In this document: positions 10,194 through 21,428 of the stretch, piece after piece
How positions within the stretch are numbered: position 1 is the first letter of the stretch
How the letters are laid out: each line of letters opens with the position of its first letter
DNA from: a virus
Virus record (IMG/VR): IMGVR_UViG_3300028859_000011
Location: 1-64,000 of that record
Strand: one strand, 5' to 3'
Length of the DNA stretch: 64,000 bases
Translations under genes and position numbers: made by a program
The notes under the pieces: model-generated
Seen by the model: only the letters and a program-made list of their open reading frames with translations
Database searches by the model: none
What the model was told of the DNA's origin: nothing

Positions 10194-10518
10194 ATTTGAT
10201 GAAATAAATTCCTTAAAAGAAGGAACAGAAAAAAGAGATAAATTAATAAATTTTTATAAAAATTCAGTAAAAATTAACGAATGGCTAAATATTGAAAATA
10301 AAAATTCAATTATACATTTTAAAGATAGAATAGAATATAAAAAAAATAATCAATATCATAGACTTAATGGACCTGCAATTGATTATGAAAATATAGATAA
10401 AGATAAATATTACTATAAAGGAAAACTATATGATTCTAAAAATGAATGGTTAAAAATAACACAAAAAGAAGTAAGAAAAATAAAATTGAAAAGACTAAAA
10501 AAAGAAAGTTCAGAATAA
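10186..10518 (+). CDS. HRxxGPA-module protein with Family B tag
   Basis: YHRLNGPAI beta-hairpin module; ends VRKIKLKRLKKESSE. Confidence 0.65.
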   Translation: MSEFDEINSLKEGTEKRDKLINFYKNSVKINEWLNIENKNSIIHFKDRIEYKKNNQYHRLNGPAIDYENIDKDKYYYKGKLYDSKNEWLKITQKEVRKIKLKRLKKESSE

Positions 10519-10533
10519 TCTGAACTTTCTTTT
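10500..10533. terminator. Bidirectional terminator at a convergent junction
   Basis: 15 bp arms AAAAGAAAGTTCAGA / TCTGAACTTTCTTTT. Confidence 0.75.
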
Positions 10534-10805
10534 TATTTTTTGTAAATTATACAATATGGAGTATTATCACATATTTCTAAAAAACTTTGATATTTTTTTC
10601 TAACCAAATCTGGATCTGGATTAGGATTTGAATCTGATAATGGAATTATTTTCTTTAATAGCTTATAATTTATATCATTAGGCTCTCCTTTATATAATAC
10701 TTTATCGATTTTATCTGATAATATAAAATCAACTATATCTTCATTCAATTTTACTCTTTTATCATAAGTTTTAAAATAAATATTTTCTTTTATATTAATT
10801 TCCAC
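10533..10805 (-). CDS. Hypothetical protein
   Basis: Clean ORF with a TATATAT motif upstream. Confidence 0.55.
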   Translation of the reverse strand: MEINIKENIYFKTYDKRVKLNEDIVDFILSDKIDKVLYKGEPNDINYKLLKKIIPLSDSNPNPDPDLVRKKYQSFLEICDNTPYCIIYKK

Positions 10806-10859
10806 TATATTTTATTTTTCTTAATATATAAGGTTTAATTAAAAAAGTTTGTATTTATA

Positions 10860-12317
10860 TTATTTACTTTCAAGTGCTGTTAATCTTTCTTCAAATCCAA
10901 CTCCAATAAATAATAATAATTCAGTATATCTAAAAGAATATAAATCACCTGCAGGTATAGTTTCAATCCACGCTTCTTTATCTTTTGTTGCTAAATGAGT
11001 TACTATTTCTTCTGGCCATACATCATGACAAATAAAACTATAACTTAACGGATCTAAACCATTATTTGTCATTATTGTCATAGCATTTTGAACTGTCATT
11101 CCTATATGTATTCTTGCATCATTTTCACCTTTTTCTCGAATAGCTGCTAAAAATTTATAAGTACCTATTTCTTTTGAAAGGGCAGTTGCAGCATTTATTT
11201 CATTTTGAGTAAATCCTGTTATTGCTGTTTTTATTCTTTCATCTGATGAAACTACTGGATTATTAACTAAATATAAATTATTCCATTGATTACTACCAGA
11301 ACCTAAATTAAAACTACTTGGAGAATAAGGAGTAACATGTCCTTGTAAAGTAGTACCTGTTACTGAAGAATCTCCTATAATAACTGTATTATTTCCTCTT
11401 CCAACGATATTATTTCCAATTATTATTTCATTTGAATTATTATTTGAATAAGGATAAGATCCTATTCCAATAATAATAGAGTTATCTAATAATGTAGAAT
11501 TAACATTTCCATTACCTATTAATATATTAGAGTCCCCAAATGTTAACGGGTCAGAAACAGAATTTGAATAATTACCTATAGCTATATTATTATCTCCATT
11601 TTTAAAATTTATTCCTCTGTGATTACCTATAAATAAATTAGACGTATTTTTTTGATTTCTAAGTTCAAATATATTATCATTACTTACAGCATCAATTATT
11701 GTAAATAATGATTTATCATTAGTATTTATTATACTAATATTTACAATTTGTAAAAGATTACAACTAACGCCTGAACTTGAAATTGAAATTATACCAGATG
11801 CACCATTTGTATAATAAGTGCCAGTAAAATAATCACCAGAATAATTATATCCAATAAGTGTATTTCCTATATATATAACTATAGATTGATGTTCTCCAAA
11901 TGTAGTTCCACTATATAATATACTTATTGACATATTGTCACTAGATAAAACACTAAAATTAGAATTTATATTGAAACTAGGATCATCACCAGAAATAGTC
12001 CATCCATGTATATAATCATTGGTAGTTCCAGTTGAACTCCAATCAGAATCTGAATATGATGGTACAATAATATTATTTTCTATATTTTCATTAAACACCA
12101 CATTACCATTTAATAATGTATTACCAGTTACTGATAATCCGCCATTAACACTAGTAGTTCCTGTAAAATATGGATTTATACCAACACTCAATCCTAAATT
12201 ATTAGGAGATATTATATTATTTGTTAATGTTTCTCCTGATCCTGTTATAACACAAACTCTAGTTGTATTATCAATATTAAATATTTGTTCTTGTTGAGAC
12301 CATTTTTCATCTGTCAT
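10860..12317 (-). CDS. Tail fibre/spike with C-terminal intramolecular chaperone (peptidase S74 type)
   Basis: SSDERIKTAI cleavage motif, RIHIGMTVQ, YSFRYTELL and terminal coiled coil EERLTALESK; NxxIGxx beta-helix repeats upstream. Confidence 0.85.
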   Translation of the reverse strand: MTDEKWSQQEQIFNIDNTTRVCVITGSGETLTNNIISPNNLGLSVGINPYFTGTTSVNGGLSVTGNTLLNGNVVFNENIENNIIVPSYSDSDWSSTGTTNDYIHGWTISGDDPSFNINSNFSVLSSDNMSISILYSGTTFGEHQSIVIYIGNTLIGYNYSGDYFTGTYYTNGASGIISISSSGVSCNLLQIVNISIINTNDKSLFTIIDAVSNDNIFELRNQKNTSNLFIGNHRGINFKNGDNNIAIGNYSNSVSDPLTFGDSNILIGNGNVNSTLLDNSIIIGIGSYPYSNNNSNEIIIGNNIVGRGNNTVIIGDSSVTGTTLQGHVTPYSPSSFNLGSGSNQWNNLYLVNNPVVSSDERIKTAITGFTQNEINAATALSKEIGTYKFLAAIREKGENDARIHIGMTVQNAMTIMTNNGLDPLSYSFICHDVWPEEIVTHLATKDKEAWIETIPAGDLYSFRYTELLLFIGVGFEERLTALESK

Positions 12318-12467
12318 AATTATAAATTATTTTTATTTTTAAAATATAAACTATATATAAAATAAATTTATTGCCAATTAAATTTATTTTTAATCATAGT
12401 AACTTATATATTATTTTTACATATAAGAAATTGTTTTTTTTATATATAAGAAAAAACAACAATTTTT

Positions 12468-15400
12468 GTGGACAATTCAAAATATTTTTTTTTCAATAAG
12501 GACGGATATCCTCACAATTTCACATACAATCAAGACTCAGAAAGTTGGAACGGTAAAATAATATTTGATGAAAATTCTGATCAAACATTTAAAACTCAAA
12601 GTTTATATATGTTTGAAAGTGTTGATCCAATAGATTTTACTATTAGCGCAAATTTAGTATCAATGAACTATAATAACAATAGTGGAATGACTATTTCAGG
12701 ATTATCTAAATCTGGTGACACAAGTTATCAAAATGAGATAATTACAAATATTTTAGAAGTAAATAGTTCTAATGAATTCTATTCTAAATGGATATATGGT
12801 ATAGATTTTCATAAAAAATTTCCTGTTGGAACTGTAGTATCTTTTTCTGGAGTAACTGGAACAACAAATTCATCAGATTTTAGTGATGATAAATATTTCA
12901 ATGTATTATCAGTTAAAAAGAACGCTTTTTTAATTATAACAAACACTAGTAATGATATATTCAATTATATATTTTTATCTGGTACTACAAGTGCATTAAA
13001 TATGATATCTATAAATGATTATAATAGAAATTTATTAAGTAATACTTCATTAATTCAAAATTTATATACAGGAAAAATATTTTCATTAATAAATACAACT
13101 TATAATGACGGAATTGTAAGCGTCATGAAATCTGGTATAACAACTTCTTATTTAAATGAAATAAAATTAGATAATGAAATAGATAAAATATTTACATTAT
13201 CAATTGAATTATTTACAGAAAGACCTACAATTTTACAAAATAATATCACTTTAAATTCATTATCATATGATACAGGTACTCTTAATGTGGGTAAATATGC
13301 ATATTTATTACAACCTACAACAATATATACAGAATCTGGTATAGAACAATCAAAAATGAACGTAATATTTGAAGATACTTTAGGTAATCAACTATTTAGC
13401 GGATATACATTTACTATAGATTCATTAGTAACAGAAAATATTTTAGGTACTAAAAAATTAACATTCAAAATATATTCTGATATATCTAACGTTAAATATA
13501 GATCTTATAGTGTAATTAGTAACACAACACAATGGAATACAATACAATTTGATGAAACATTAAATATAAAAATAGGTGATATAATACATCTAAGTGGTAT
13601 AACATCTGATACTGGAACTACATGCTTAATGAACAATAGAGAATTTAGTGTGATAGATGTAATTTATAACACAAATTCAAATACTACTATGTTATTTGTA
13701 TCTGGATATATAATTAACGAAGATAATTCAACTTATATAATAACACAAAAATTACAATCTAATCAAATAAAAAATGTTAATTTTACATCATCTGGTGATA
13801 TTACAACTTTTAATAATATCACACTTAATAATGCATATTGTTATTCTACATCAAATATTTTAAATTTATCACAAAATTATATTAGTGGAAATACTAATAA
13901 TATATCATATGATACAATCAATAGTTTTATAAATAAATATAAAACTATATTAAATAGATATGGAATAGATACTTATTATTCAACAAGAAATAATAATGAT
14001 TATTTATCTATTGAAAGTTTATATGGCGCAAGTAGTAATTATTTTTCTGCATCTGGATATTCAAATGATATTAAAATAGACGATAACTTTGACTTAACTA
14101 ATAATGGAACAACTATAAAATATGATATAGTTACAAATGAAACGTTAATATACGAAAAAACAAATAAATCAGATTTAAATTTATATAAACCAGACGCACA
14201 TTCTGAAATAGTATTAAGATTACAAAGTGATAATGATAGATTTGGTTTCAATTTAAATTTGAATGGAAATGAATATAGTATAGGGTTTTCTATAGATTCT
14301 CAAACTACTATTAATAATTTTATAAGTACATATTATAATACTATGTATAGTAATGGCTATACAATATATAGTGGATATAGTATTAATTATACAGGATATA
14401 CATTAAATATACAATCAGATAATGATATTTGGGATTTAGGAATAATAATAAATATTCTATCTACATATGAAATAATAGAAAATCAAAGAAATAACGCAAT
14501 TTTATTATCAGGAAATGAATTAATAACAACAACTAATTTATTTGATTTAAATTTAGCTACAGGTATGTTATTGAAAATTACAGGTAGTACATATGATGTA
14601 AATAACAAAGAATATAATATATTATATTTATCAGAATCAGCAATAACTTTATCATATCAAGGAGTATTTACTACTGAGTATAACGCAATAATTGGTGGAA
14701 CAACAAGAGAATTTATTAGAAAACCAAGAGGTGAATATGATAATATAGATGTATATTTAAAAGCATATTGGGAAATTCCATATCAAGATAAAATAGATGA
14801 AACAATATTTTTTTATGATATATCAGGTGATCAATTAGTTCCATTTAATAATATTGAAAATTTAAAATATACAGGACAAAAACCACTAATTGATTTAACA
14901 AATAACGTAGTATTTCTTAATAATACACCAAATACTAATATATCGTATGTTAACAATCCTAAATATCAACAAACAGTATTTACTGGACTTACATATAAAT
15001 TAGAACAATTAGATTCTTCTCTTGCATCTAATTATATACCAGAGCCATTAGAAATTTTCATAGGATATAATTCACCAGAAGAAGGTGTAAATACAAGAAC
15101 ATTAAAAATTGATAAAATTATAACATCACTAAATAGTACTGATTATTTTTCATTAAGTGGATATACAAATTCTGGATATTCACATTCATTAAATAATTTT
15201 ATATTAAGTGGAAACGTTATAAATTTTGCAACAACATTTGATTTTAATTTCAAAAATTATTTTGAGGTAGATCAACTTATTACAATAGATTTTCAAGACC
15301 AAAATAATCAAAATCAAACAATCAATGAAAATATAAACATATATAAAATATCAGACTTAACAAGAAATAAAATATTTATTGATACTGGTTATACATATGC

Positions 15401-16727
15401 AAACGATTCTAGCGGCTATACATATGATGATTCTGGATTTACGTATTTTAATACAACTGGTTCTACATTTTATTATAAAATTCAAATTCAACCTAAAGAA
15501 TTATTATCTTGTATATTATATGCTCAAACTGAAATAGAAGACACTAGATTTAAAGTAAATCTTAATAATGTAGGGGTACAACTAGAAGATGATGCATATG
15601 AAATATTATATCTATCAGATATTGAAGATAATGCAATAGACTATACATTATTCAATAAGAAAAGAAAAGAAATGTTAATAAATTATAGAGAAGTTTATGA
15701 TTATATAGGCTCATATAAAGCATTAATAAATGCTATCAATTTCTTTGGATATAATGATTTATATCTATCAGAATATTATAGAAATATAGATAAATCATCT
15801 ACTCTTTACGGTAGTTTACATAAAATATTAATACCTGATATTTTCGATAATAGCGTACCTGGATGGACAGAAACAGATTTTATTAGTAGTAAATATCAAA
15901 ATAATATATCATGGAAAAAAACTAATTTATTCAATTTATCATACTCAATAACTGATATTGATGGTAATAACGTTTTAATATATTCATTAGACGAAGTTCA
16001 AACAAAATTAACAAAGTTAAAAACTTGGTTGAGAAGATATATCGTACCATTATCTACAAATTTAGTTGATATTACAGGTGTATCTGATACAAATCAAACT
16101 CTATATCAAAACTATGATGAATCAAATCAAGTAAAAAAATCAGTAGTAAATAGAAATTCATCAGTAGTAAATTTCAATTATACAGCAACTTTAAATTTTG
16201 GATCTGATTATTTAATTACTGTTAATTTTTATACTTTATTGGGATCAACTGGAACCACAATAAATAATAATGAAATACCAAATGAATTTTCTGCTAAAAT
16301 AAAAACATTTTATTTATCTGGTACAACATTTATTAATCCGACAGAAACTTTGATTCCTGTACAATATTTCAAATTACATAAAAATGATTTATCTTCTTTT
16401 AGTTTTAGTTTAAATGAAAATGTAGATCCATATATTTATATTGAAACTACAACATATGATAATAATGGTAGCGGAATAGGATATGTAAATAATAAATTAT
16501 TCTATTATGACGAACCAAGAAATTATTGGATAGTTAATAATAATTTTGATTTAACAAAAATGAAATATTGGCAAACTACAGATTATATCACAAATACTGA
16601 AGAGTATTGGGATAATTCAACATCAACATTTAATGATAGCAGTACAACTGTTTCATCACCAGTTGAAACTATTGTACAAGTCAATTCATTAAATCAAACA
16701 TATATATCTAAAATAACACCAAATTAA
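12468..16727 (+). CDS. Large virion structural protein, baseplate-wedge-like
   Basis: 1419 aa, Asn/Thr/Ser-rich; IGSYKALINAINFFGY...LSEYY resembles baseplate wedge (T4 gp7 / P2 gpI type) segments; TTTTATATATAAG upstream. Confidence 0.55.
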   Translation: MDNSKYFFFNKDGYPHNFTYNQDSESWNGKIIFDENSDQTFKTQSLYMFESVDPIDFTISANLVSMNYNNNSGMTISGLSKSGDTSYQNEIITNILEVNSSNEFYSKWIYGIDFHKKFPVGTVVSFSGVTGTTNSSDFSDDKYFNVLSVKKNAFLIITNTSNDIFNYIFLSGTTSALNMISINDYNRNLLSNTSLIQNLYTGKIFSLINTTYNDGIVSVMKSGITTSYLNEIKLDNEIDKIFTLSIELFTERPTILQNNITLNSLSYDTGTLNVGKYAYLLQPTTIYTESGIEQSKMNVIFEDTLGNQLFSGYTFTIDSLVTENILGTKKLTFKIYSDISNVKYRSYSVISNTTQWNTIQFDETLNIKIGDIIHLSGITSDTGTTCLMNNREFSVIDVIYNTNSNTTMLFVSGYIINEDNSTYIITQKLQSNQIKNVNFTSSGDITTFNNITLNNAYCYSTSNILNLSQNYISGNTNNISYDTINSFINKYKTILNRYGIDTYYSTRNNNDYLSIESLYGASSNYFSASGYSNDIKIDDNFDLTNNGTTIKYDIVTNETLIYEKTNKSDLNLYKPDAHSEIVLRLQSDNDRFGFNLNLNGNEYSIGFSIDSQTTINNFISTYYNTMYSNGYTIYSGYSINYTGYTLNIQSDNDIWDLGIIINILSTYEIIENQRNNAILLSGNELITTTNLFDLNLATGMLLKITGSTYDVNNKEYNILYLSESAITLSYQGVFTTEYNAIIGGTTREFIRKPRGEYDNIDVYLKAYWEIPYQDKIDETIFFYDISGDQLVPFNNIENLKYTGQKPLIDLTNNVVFLNNTPNTNISYVNNPKYQQTVFTGLTYKLEQLDSSLASNYIPEPLEIFIGYNSPEEGVNTRTLKIDKIITSLNSTDYFSLSGYTNSGYSHSLNNFILSGNVINFATTFDFNFKNYFEVDQLITIDFQDQNNQNQTINENINIYKISDLTRNKIFIDTGYTYANDSSGYTYDDSGFTYFNTTGSTFYYKIQIQPKELLSCILYAQTEIEDTRFKVNLNNVGVQLEDDAYEILYLSDIEDNAIDYTLFNKKRKEMLINYREVYDYIGSYKALINAINFFGYNDLYLSEYYRNIDKSSTLYGSLHKILIPDIFDNSVPGWTETDFISSKYQNNISWKKTNLFNLSYSITDIDGNNVLIYSLDEVQTKLTKLKTWLRRYIVPLSTNLVDITGVSDTNQTLYQNYDESNQVKKSVVNRNSSVVNFNYTATLNFGSDYLITVNFYTLLGSTGTTINNNEIPNEFSAKIKTFYLSGTTFINPTETLIPVQYFKLHKNDLSSFSFSLNENVDPYIYIETTTYDNNGSGIGYVNNKLFYYDEPRNYWIVNNNFDLTKMKYWQTTDYITNTEEYWDNSTSTFNDSSTTVSSPVETIVQVNSLNQTYISKITPN

Positions 16728-16729
16728 TT

Positions 16730-17032
16730 ATGACAGATTATGATACTCTTTATATAAGAAGTTTTACAGGCATGACTGGATCCACACTAAATAGTGGAAT
16801 AACAAGTGGAATAACTAATATTTATCAATTTATTGATGATAGTGGTAACGTAAATCAAATTCCAAAAATCATAAAGCAAAGATATAAATATTATATAGAT
16901 CCTGATACACCTGCTTTAATAATAGCAGAACCATGTGTAATAGGAGTAGATGATGAAGAATCAGGACCATGTAGCTTTGGTGTAGCATTAGGATTAGGAG
17001 ATGATACCATGGGTATGGCTAAATATGTTTAA
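16730..17032 (+). CDS. Hypothetical, probably structural, protein
   Basis: Directly follows the 1419 aa gene. Confidence 0.5.
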   Translation: MTDYDTLYIRSFTGMTGSTLNSGITSGITNIYQFIDDSGNVNQIPKIIKQRYKYYIDPDTPALIIAEPCVIGVDDEESGPCSFGVALGLGDDTMGMAKYV

Positions 17033-17324
17033 CTATATATTCCATATATAAATTATTCATAAACCTTTCAATATTAATACATATTGAAAATTTACCGTAA
17101 ATATCAGACTTTTCATTGTAACACCTAAATCCAACATTCTCAATAAAAAACAACCGTATAAGTTTGTTATCAACAATCAATCCTTGATTTTTTGATAACA
17201 TCCTTAATTGGTCCTCATCAAATTTTATAATTAAATTATCAATAGTCTGATTAATATTCACATCATAATTCTTATTCCTAAGCTTACCTAAGCTTTCTTT
17301 AAGTGAAAATGTATTATCTATCAT
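17019..17324 (-). CDS. Hypothetical protein
   Basis: Member of an overlapping minus-strand trio. Confidence 0.55.
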   Translation of the reverse strand: MIDNTFSLKESLGKLRNKNYDVNINQTIDNLIIKFDEDQLRMLSKNQGLIVDNKLIRLFFIENVGFRCYNEKSDIYGKFSICINIERFMNNLYMEYIVKHI

Positions 17325-17686
17325 TTTTCAATTTCAATTGTTTTAGAATCATCTATTATAGTTTTTCCTATAATATTTAACTCGCCATTTATAATTAAAT
17401 CTGATAAATTTGGTATAGTATACGTAACAACATCACTAATTAAAATAAATGTATCATATTGACCATATTTATCTCCATGTATAAATTCATCCAAATCAAT
17501 TTTATCAATTTCAGTAGTTCCATCCTTAAAAATAGAATTGACAACTACAATTTGATTACTTTTTAACTTTTTATAACACTCATGATCAGATATATTTACT
17601 CCATCTGTCAAATTATTTGTATCTGGATTAAGAACAAATAAAAATAAATTATCTTCTATCCTTAATACTACACCATCATATTTCAT
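17321..17686 (-). CDS. Hypothetical protein
   Basis: ATGA overlaps with both neighbours. Confidence 0.6.
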   Translation of the reverse strand: MKYDGVVLRIEDNLFLFVLNPDTNNLTDGVNISDHECYKKLKSNQIVVVNSIFKDGTTEIDKIDLDEFIHGDKYGQYDTFILISDVVTYTIPNLSDLIINGELNIIGKTIIDDSKTIEIEK

Positions 17687-17928
17687 AATATCTTCATTAA
17701 TTTTAAATATCTACTTAATGTTATATTACTATTAATTAATTTATTTATATCTATAATAACATCATTTATAGACAAAAAAACAATATCATTTAAGTTATAA
17801 ACAAAAAATTCAACCAATTCTATCCTTTCTGTAAAAAATTTATTCTGCGGACTTCCACATTTTTTAGCATAAACTATATGATATACATCTAAATTATCAA
17901 GCTTATCATCAATTATTCCTTTAACCAT
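17683..17928 (-). CDS. Hypothetical protein with Family B tag
   Basis: Ends SRYLKLMKIL. Confidence 0.6.
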   Translation of the reverse strand: MVKGIIDDKLDNLDVYHIVYAKKCGSPQNKFFTERIELVEFFVYNLNDIVFLSINDVIIDINKLINSNITLSRYLKLMKIL

Positions 17929-17980
17929 TTATTTTAAGAACTTATTTTTATTTATATATAAAAAAAAAACAAAACAGTTT

Positions 17981-18694
17981 ATGATATTTATCGGATTAGA
18001 CGTATCAAAAATCTCAACAGCACTTTGTATAGAGAAAAATGGAATTACTAAACTATATAGCTACTCAACACAAAAAGATAATAATACATGGGTTAAAGAT
18101 ACTAACTCTTTTATTAATTATAGACATATTAAATATTCATACCTTGACGAAATAGATTATAGTAAATCAGAAATACTAAAACTTCAAAATTTTGACGAAG
18201 TTACTAACCTAATTATAAACGATATATTCGATAACGTAGGAATATTAGATAGCCTAAGAATTGGTATAGAAGGCTTCTCTTATAACTCAAAAGGACCTAT
18301 ATTCGATCTAATTGAATTTACTACACTACTGAAATATAAATTGCTACATAGAATAAATAAATACGGTGAAATTCAACTATTCTCACCCATAACACTTAAA
18401 ATAGAAGCTTGTAAAATGGCTTATAATCCAAGAATAGAAACTAAAGGTAAAAAAATAATTAAAGAAATTATTCATAACGAAAATAACGAAGGAAAAAATG
18501 CTAAAGACTTCGATAAATGGGATATGCTATACGCACTAATTAATAGCGACGCTAAACTAGAACTCAAAAATTGGTGCATAGAAAATATGGATAAAATAAC
18601 TAAAATAAAAAAAGTACCAAAACCAATAGACGACGAAATAGACGCTATATTCCTTACCAAAATTCTTAAAAATATATATAATCAAAAGAAATAA
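17981..18694 (+). CDS. RuvC-like Holliday junction resolvase
   Basis: IGLDVSKISTA, IGIEGFSY and DDEIDAIFL supply the RNase H-fold acidic tetrad. Confidence 0.75.
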   Translation: MIFIGLDVSKISTALCIEKNGITKLYSYSTQKDNNTWVKDTNSFINYRHIKYSYLDEIDYSKSEILKLQNFDEVTNLIINDIFDNVGILDSLRIGIEGFSYNSKGPIFDLIEFTTLLKYKLLHRINKYGEIQLFSPITLKIEACKMAYNPRIETKGKKIIKEIIHNENNEGKNAKDFDKWDMLYALINSDAKLELKNWCIENMDKITKIKKVPKPIDDEIDAIFLTKILKNIYNQKK

Positions 18695-18800
18695 TTAATA
18701 TATAATCAAGGGTTTAAAACGGGAAATATATATTATATATAGTATATATATCATGATCTTGCATGTTTTTCGTAATTAAATGATAATCAAAGATTTAAAA
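18678..18800. other. Candidate replication origin
   Basis: Three ATAATCAA copies around a TA-alternating tract, at an apparent switch from C-ending to G-ending codon bias on the plus strand. Confidence 0.35.
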
Positions 18801-18817
18801 TATGACAATAAACGATA

Positions 18818-19885
18818 ATGAATGAAGAAAATAAAATTGAAAATTATTATGAAAATATTATAACAGAGTATGTTACAATGAAATTATCAACAAAATATGT
18901 AATAAAACTTAAAGAATTAAAATATGATGTTAAATTAGGAGATATATTTGACGTACCTATAAAACTATTATCATTAGGTTGTGGTAAAAAAGTTTTAATA
19001 AAATGTCCTAAATGTGAAAACCAAAGAGAAATTATGTTATATAATTATACTACAGTTATGAAAAAAGGACATAACTATACTTGTACTAAATGTAATACAT
19101 TTAAAAGTAATATGTTAAGAATATACAATGTTGAAAATTCTATGAATATTGATAAATTTGTAAATAAAATATTAGAAACTAAATTAGAAAAATATGGTGA
19201 TGAAAATTATAATAATAGAGAAAAATGTAAAGAAACATGCTTAGAAAAATATGGGGTAGAAAATTATAATAATTTAGAAAAATATAAAGAAACATGTTTA
19301 GAAAAATATGGAGTAGATAATGTATCTAAAATTGATGAAATTAAAAAGAAAAAGAAAGCTACATTAAAATCTAACTATAATGTTGATTCAATGTTATCAT
19401 TAAAAAGAGTTCAAGACAAAAAACATGAAACTGTACTTAAAAAATATGGAGTAGATAATGTATTTCAATTAGATTGGGTAAAAGAAAAATCTAAAAAAAC
19501 ATTTATTGAAAAATATGGAGTAGATTATTTAGTGACAATACCTAATAAAAGATATCAAATAAAATATGATGATAGATTTAATTTATATTATCAAGGTACA
19601 TACGAAAAAGATTTTTTAGATTTTTGTTTAATTAATAATTTAAAAATAAGTAAACCAAAATTTATTAATTACGAATTCAACGACAAAACATATAAATATT
19701 TTCCTGATTTTTATTATGAACCTTTGAATTTATTAATTGAAATTAAATCTGATTATATATTTGAATTACAAAAAGAAAAAAATATCGCAAAACATAATTA
19801 TAGTATATTTAATAATTATAATCATATTTTTATAATTAATAAAAATTATGATGAATTTATAAAAAAAATTAAACTAAATGTTTGA
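18818..19885 (+). CDS. Putative PD-(D/E)xK homing endonuclease with EKYGVxN repeats
   Basis: Cys pairs CPKC/CTKC, about six [EK]KYG[VD]xN-type repeats and C-terminal YFPDFYY...LIEIKS. Confidence 0.7.
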   Translation: MNEENKIENYYENIITEYVTMKLSTKYVIKLKELKYDVKLGDIFDVPIKLLSLGCGKKVLIKCPKCENQREIMLYNYTTVMKKGHNYTCTKCNTFKSNMLRIYNVENSMNIDKFVNKILETKLEKYGDENYNNREKCKETCLEKYGVENYNNLEKYKETCLEKYGVDNVSKIDEIKKKKKATLKSNYNVDSMLSLKRVQDKKHETVLKKYGVDNVFQLDWVKEKSKKTFIEKYGVDYLVTIPNKRYQIKYDDRFNLYYQGTYEKDFLDFCLINNLKISKPKFINYEFNDKTYKYFPDFYYEPLNLLIEIKSDYIFELQKEKNIAKHNYSIFNNYNHIFIINKNYDEFIKKIKLNV

Positions 19886-20780
19886 AGAAGGTAAAGAATA
19901 TAAATTTAATAGTAAAGATATAAAAATATTTGGTCCTAAAGTTAACGAGGCTCAACAAATTGATCCTAATATAATACCAAAATTTCCTATCAATAAACCT
20001 GTTAAATTTGATGTTGAATTGATGAAAAAAGCTATAAAATATGGTTTAGTTATTTTAATATCATATCGTGGTGACCAAGATCGGTGGAAAGGTGGTAGAG
20101 AAAGAACTATTCAGCCTATGGTACTTGGTGTTAATAGAAATACGAAGAATATGTTGATTCGGGGATTTCACCTCGAGGGCTGGTCAGTTTCACAAAAGGC
20201 AGAAACAAAGAAAGTTTGGAGATTATTTAAAACTGATAATATAGTTTCAATGACATTTACTGGTAATTTTTTTAGGCTTCCACCAAAAAATTATATGCAA
20301 AATGATAGAATAATGACCGAACGAATTTTAGCAAAGGCTGATTTCAATGAAATAAGAAGGAATCAGAACACTTTACTTAAAGGTGGACAGATACAGTCAG
20401 AAGATGAAACGACTATTGCAAATCAAACGGGAGGAGTTGTGAGCATAGAAATTTCCAACTCTAATAGTCAGATAGATTTAAAGGAGCCTTATAAGAATTT
20501 ACTTGTCAATAAGAACAATTATGATGCTAACAGATTTTTAAGAAATTCAAGTACAAAATCTATGAAATTTTCTGTCATGAAGAGTATGTTTGGAAATAAT
20601 TATCTTGTATTAGTTGGTGCTATTGGAACAATCAACAGACAAATTAAGGTATATGATGGTAAAAAATTGATAGGTAATTATAGATGTATTAAAACATTTT
20701 TAGGATCTGATTTAATTAACAATAAAATCGTTGATGGTAAAAACATCTTTGATTTATATGTATTTAATAGAAAAATTTAA
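19878..20780 (+). CDS. WYL-domain protein
   Basis: ILISYRG...RERTIQPMVLG...WRLFKTDNI matches the WYL pattern. Confidence 0.75.
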   Translation: MFEEGKEYKFNSKDIKIFGPKVNEAQQIDPNIIPKFPINKPVKFDVELMKKAIKYGLVILISYRGDQDRWKGGRERTIQPMVLGVNRNTKNMLIRGFHLEGWSVSQKAETKKVWRLFKTDNIVSMTFTGNFFRLPPKNYMQNDRIMTERILAKADFNEIRRNQNTLLKGGQIQSEDETTIANQTGGVVSIEISNSNSQIDLKEPYKNLLVNKNNYDANRFLRNSSTKSMKFSVMKSMFGNNYLVLVGAIGTINRQIKVYDGKKLIGNYRCIKTFLGSDLINNKIVDGKNIFDLYVFNRKI

Positions 20781-20786
20781 AAACTT

Positions 20787-21095
20787 ATGAAATATTTAAA
20801 AGAATTTGAAAATGTTGTACCTGGTATAGATGATGAAAATGATTATTATTATGCTATACATATGGAAAAATCTATTGAAAAATTTAACTTAGCGTTAAAA
20901 AAAATTAATTTCTACGATGAATTTTATGAGTTTCTTGATGAAAAAGATATACCTATAAATAACGTAGTTTATATAATTTTTGAAAAAGATGATTTTTTTG
21001 TAGATGATAATATAGAGCCTTATATATCATATAAAAAATTAGCAGATGTTTATGTTTCTGATATCGAATGTGCTGCTGAAAAATTTAATTTATAA
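20787..21095 (+). CDS. Family A tagged protein
   Basis: MKYLKEFEN ... AEKFNL. Confidence 0.75.
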   Translation: MKYLKEFENVVPGIDDENDYYYAIHMEKSIEKFNLALKKINFYDEFYEFLDEKDIPINNVVYIIFEKDDFFVDDNIEPYISYKKLADVYVSDIECAAEKFNL

Positions 21096-21098
21096 TTT

Positions 21099-21428
21099 AT
21101 GAAATATTTAAGATTATTTGAAAATATAGCAGAAGAGCCGAATATAGATGAATTTTTAATTTTTGAGGTTAAAAATATTAATTCACCAATAAATTTAATT
21201 AAAATTACATCAATGCCAATTGATAGTAACGTACATCCAAATACTATTTTTATGGAAACAAGAGAATTAATGGGAGATTATGAAAGTGATATTTATTATA
21301 ATTATAAAGATAAATATTTTTTCTATGCAAGTGGAGTAAAATGTGATGTATTATTTAGAACATTTAATATCGATGAAGCATTTGATAGATTGAATTTAAT
21401 AAAAAATTCAAATAAATTTAACATATGA
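21099..21428 (+). CDS. Family A tagged protein
   Basis: MKYLRLFEN ... SNKFNI. Confidence 0.75.
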   Translation: MKYLRLFENIAEEPNIDEFLIFEVKNINSPINLIKITSMPIDSNVHPNTIFMETRELMGDYESDIYYNYKDKYFFYASGVKCDVLFRTFNIDEAFDRLNLIKNSNKFNI

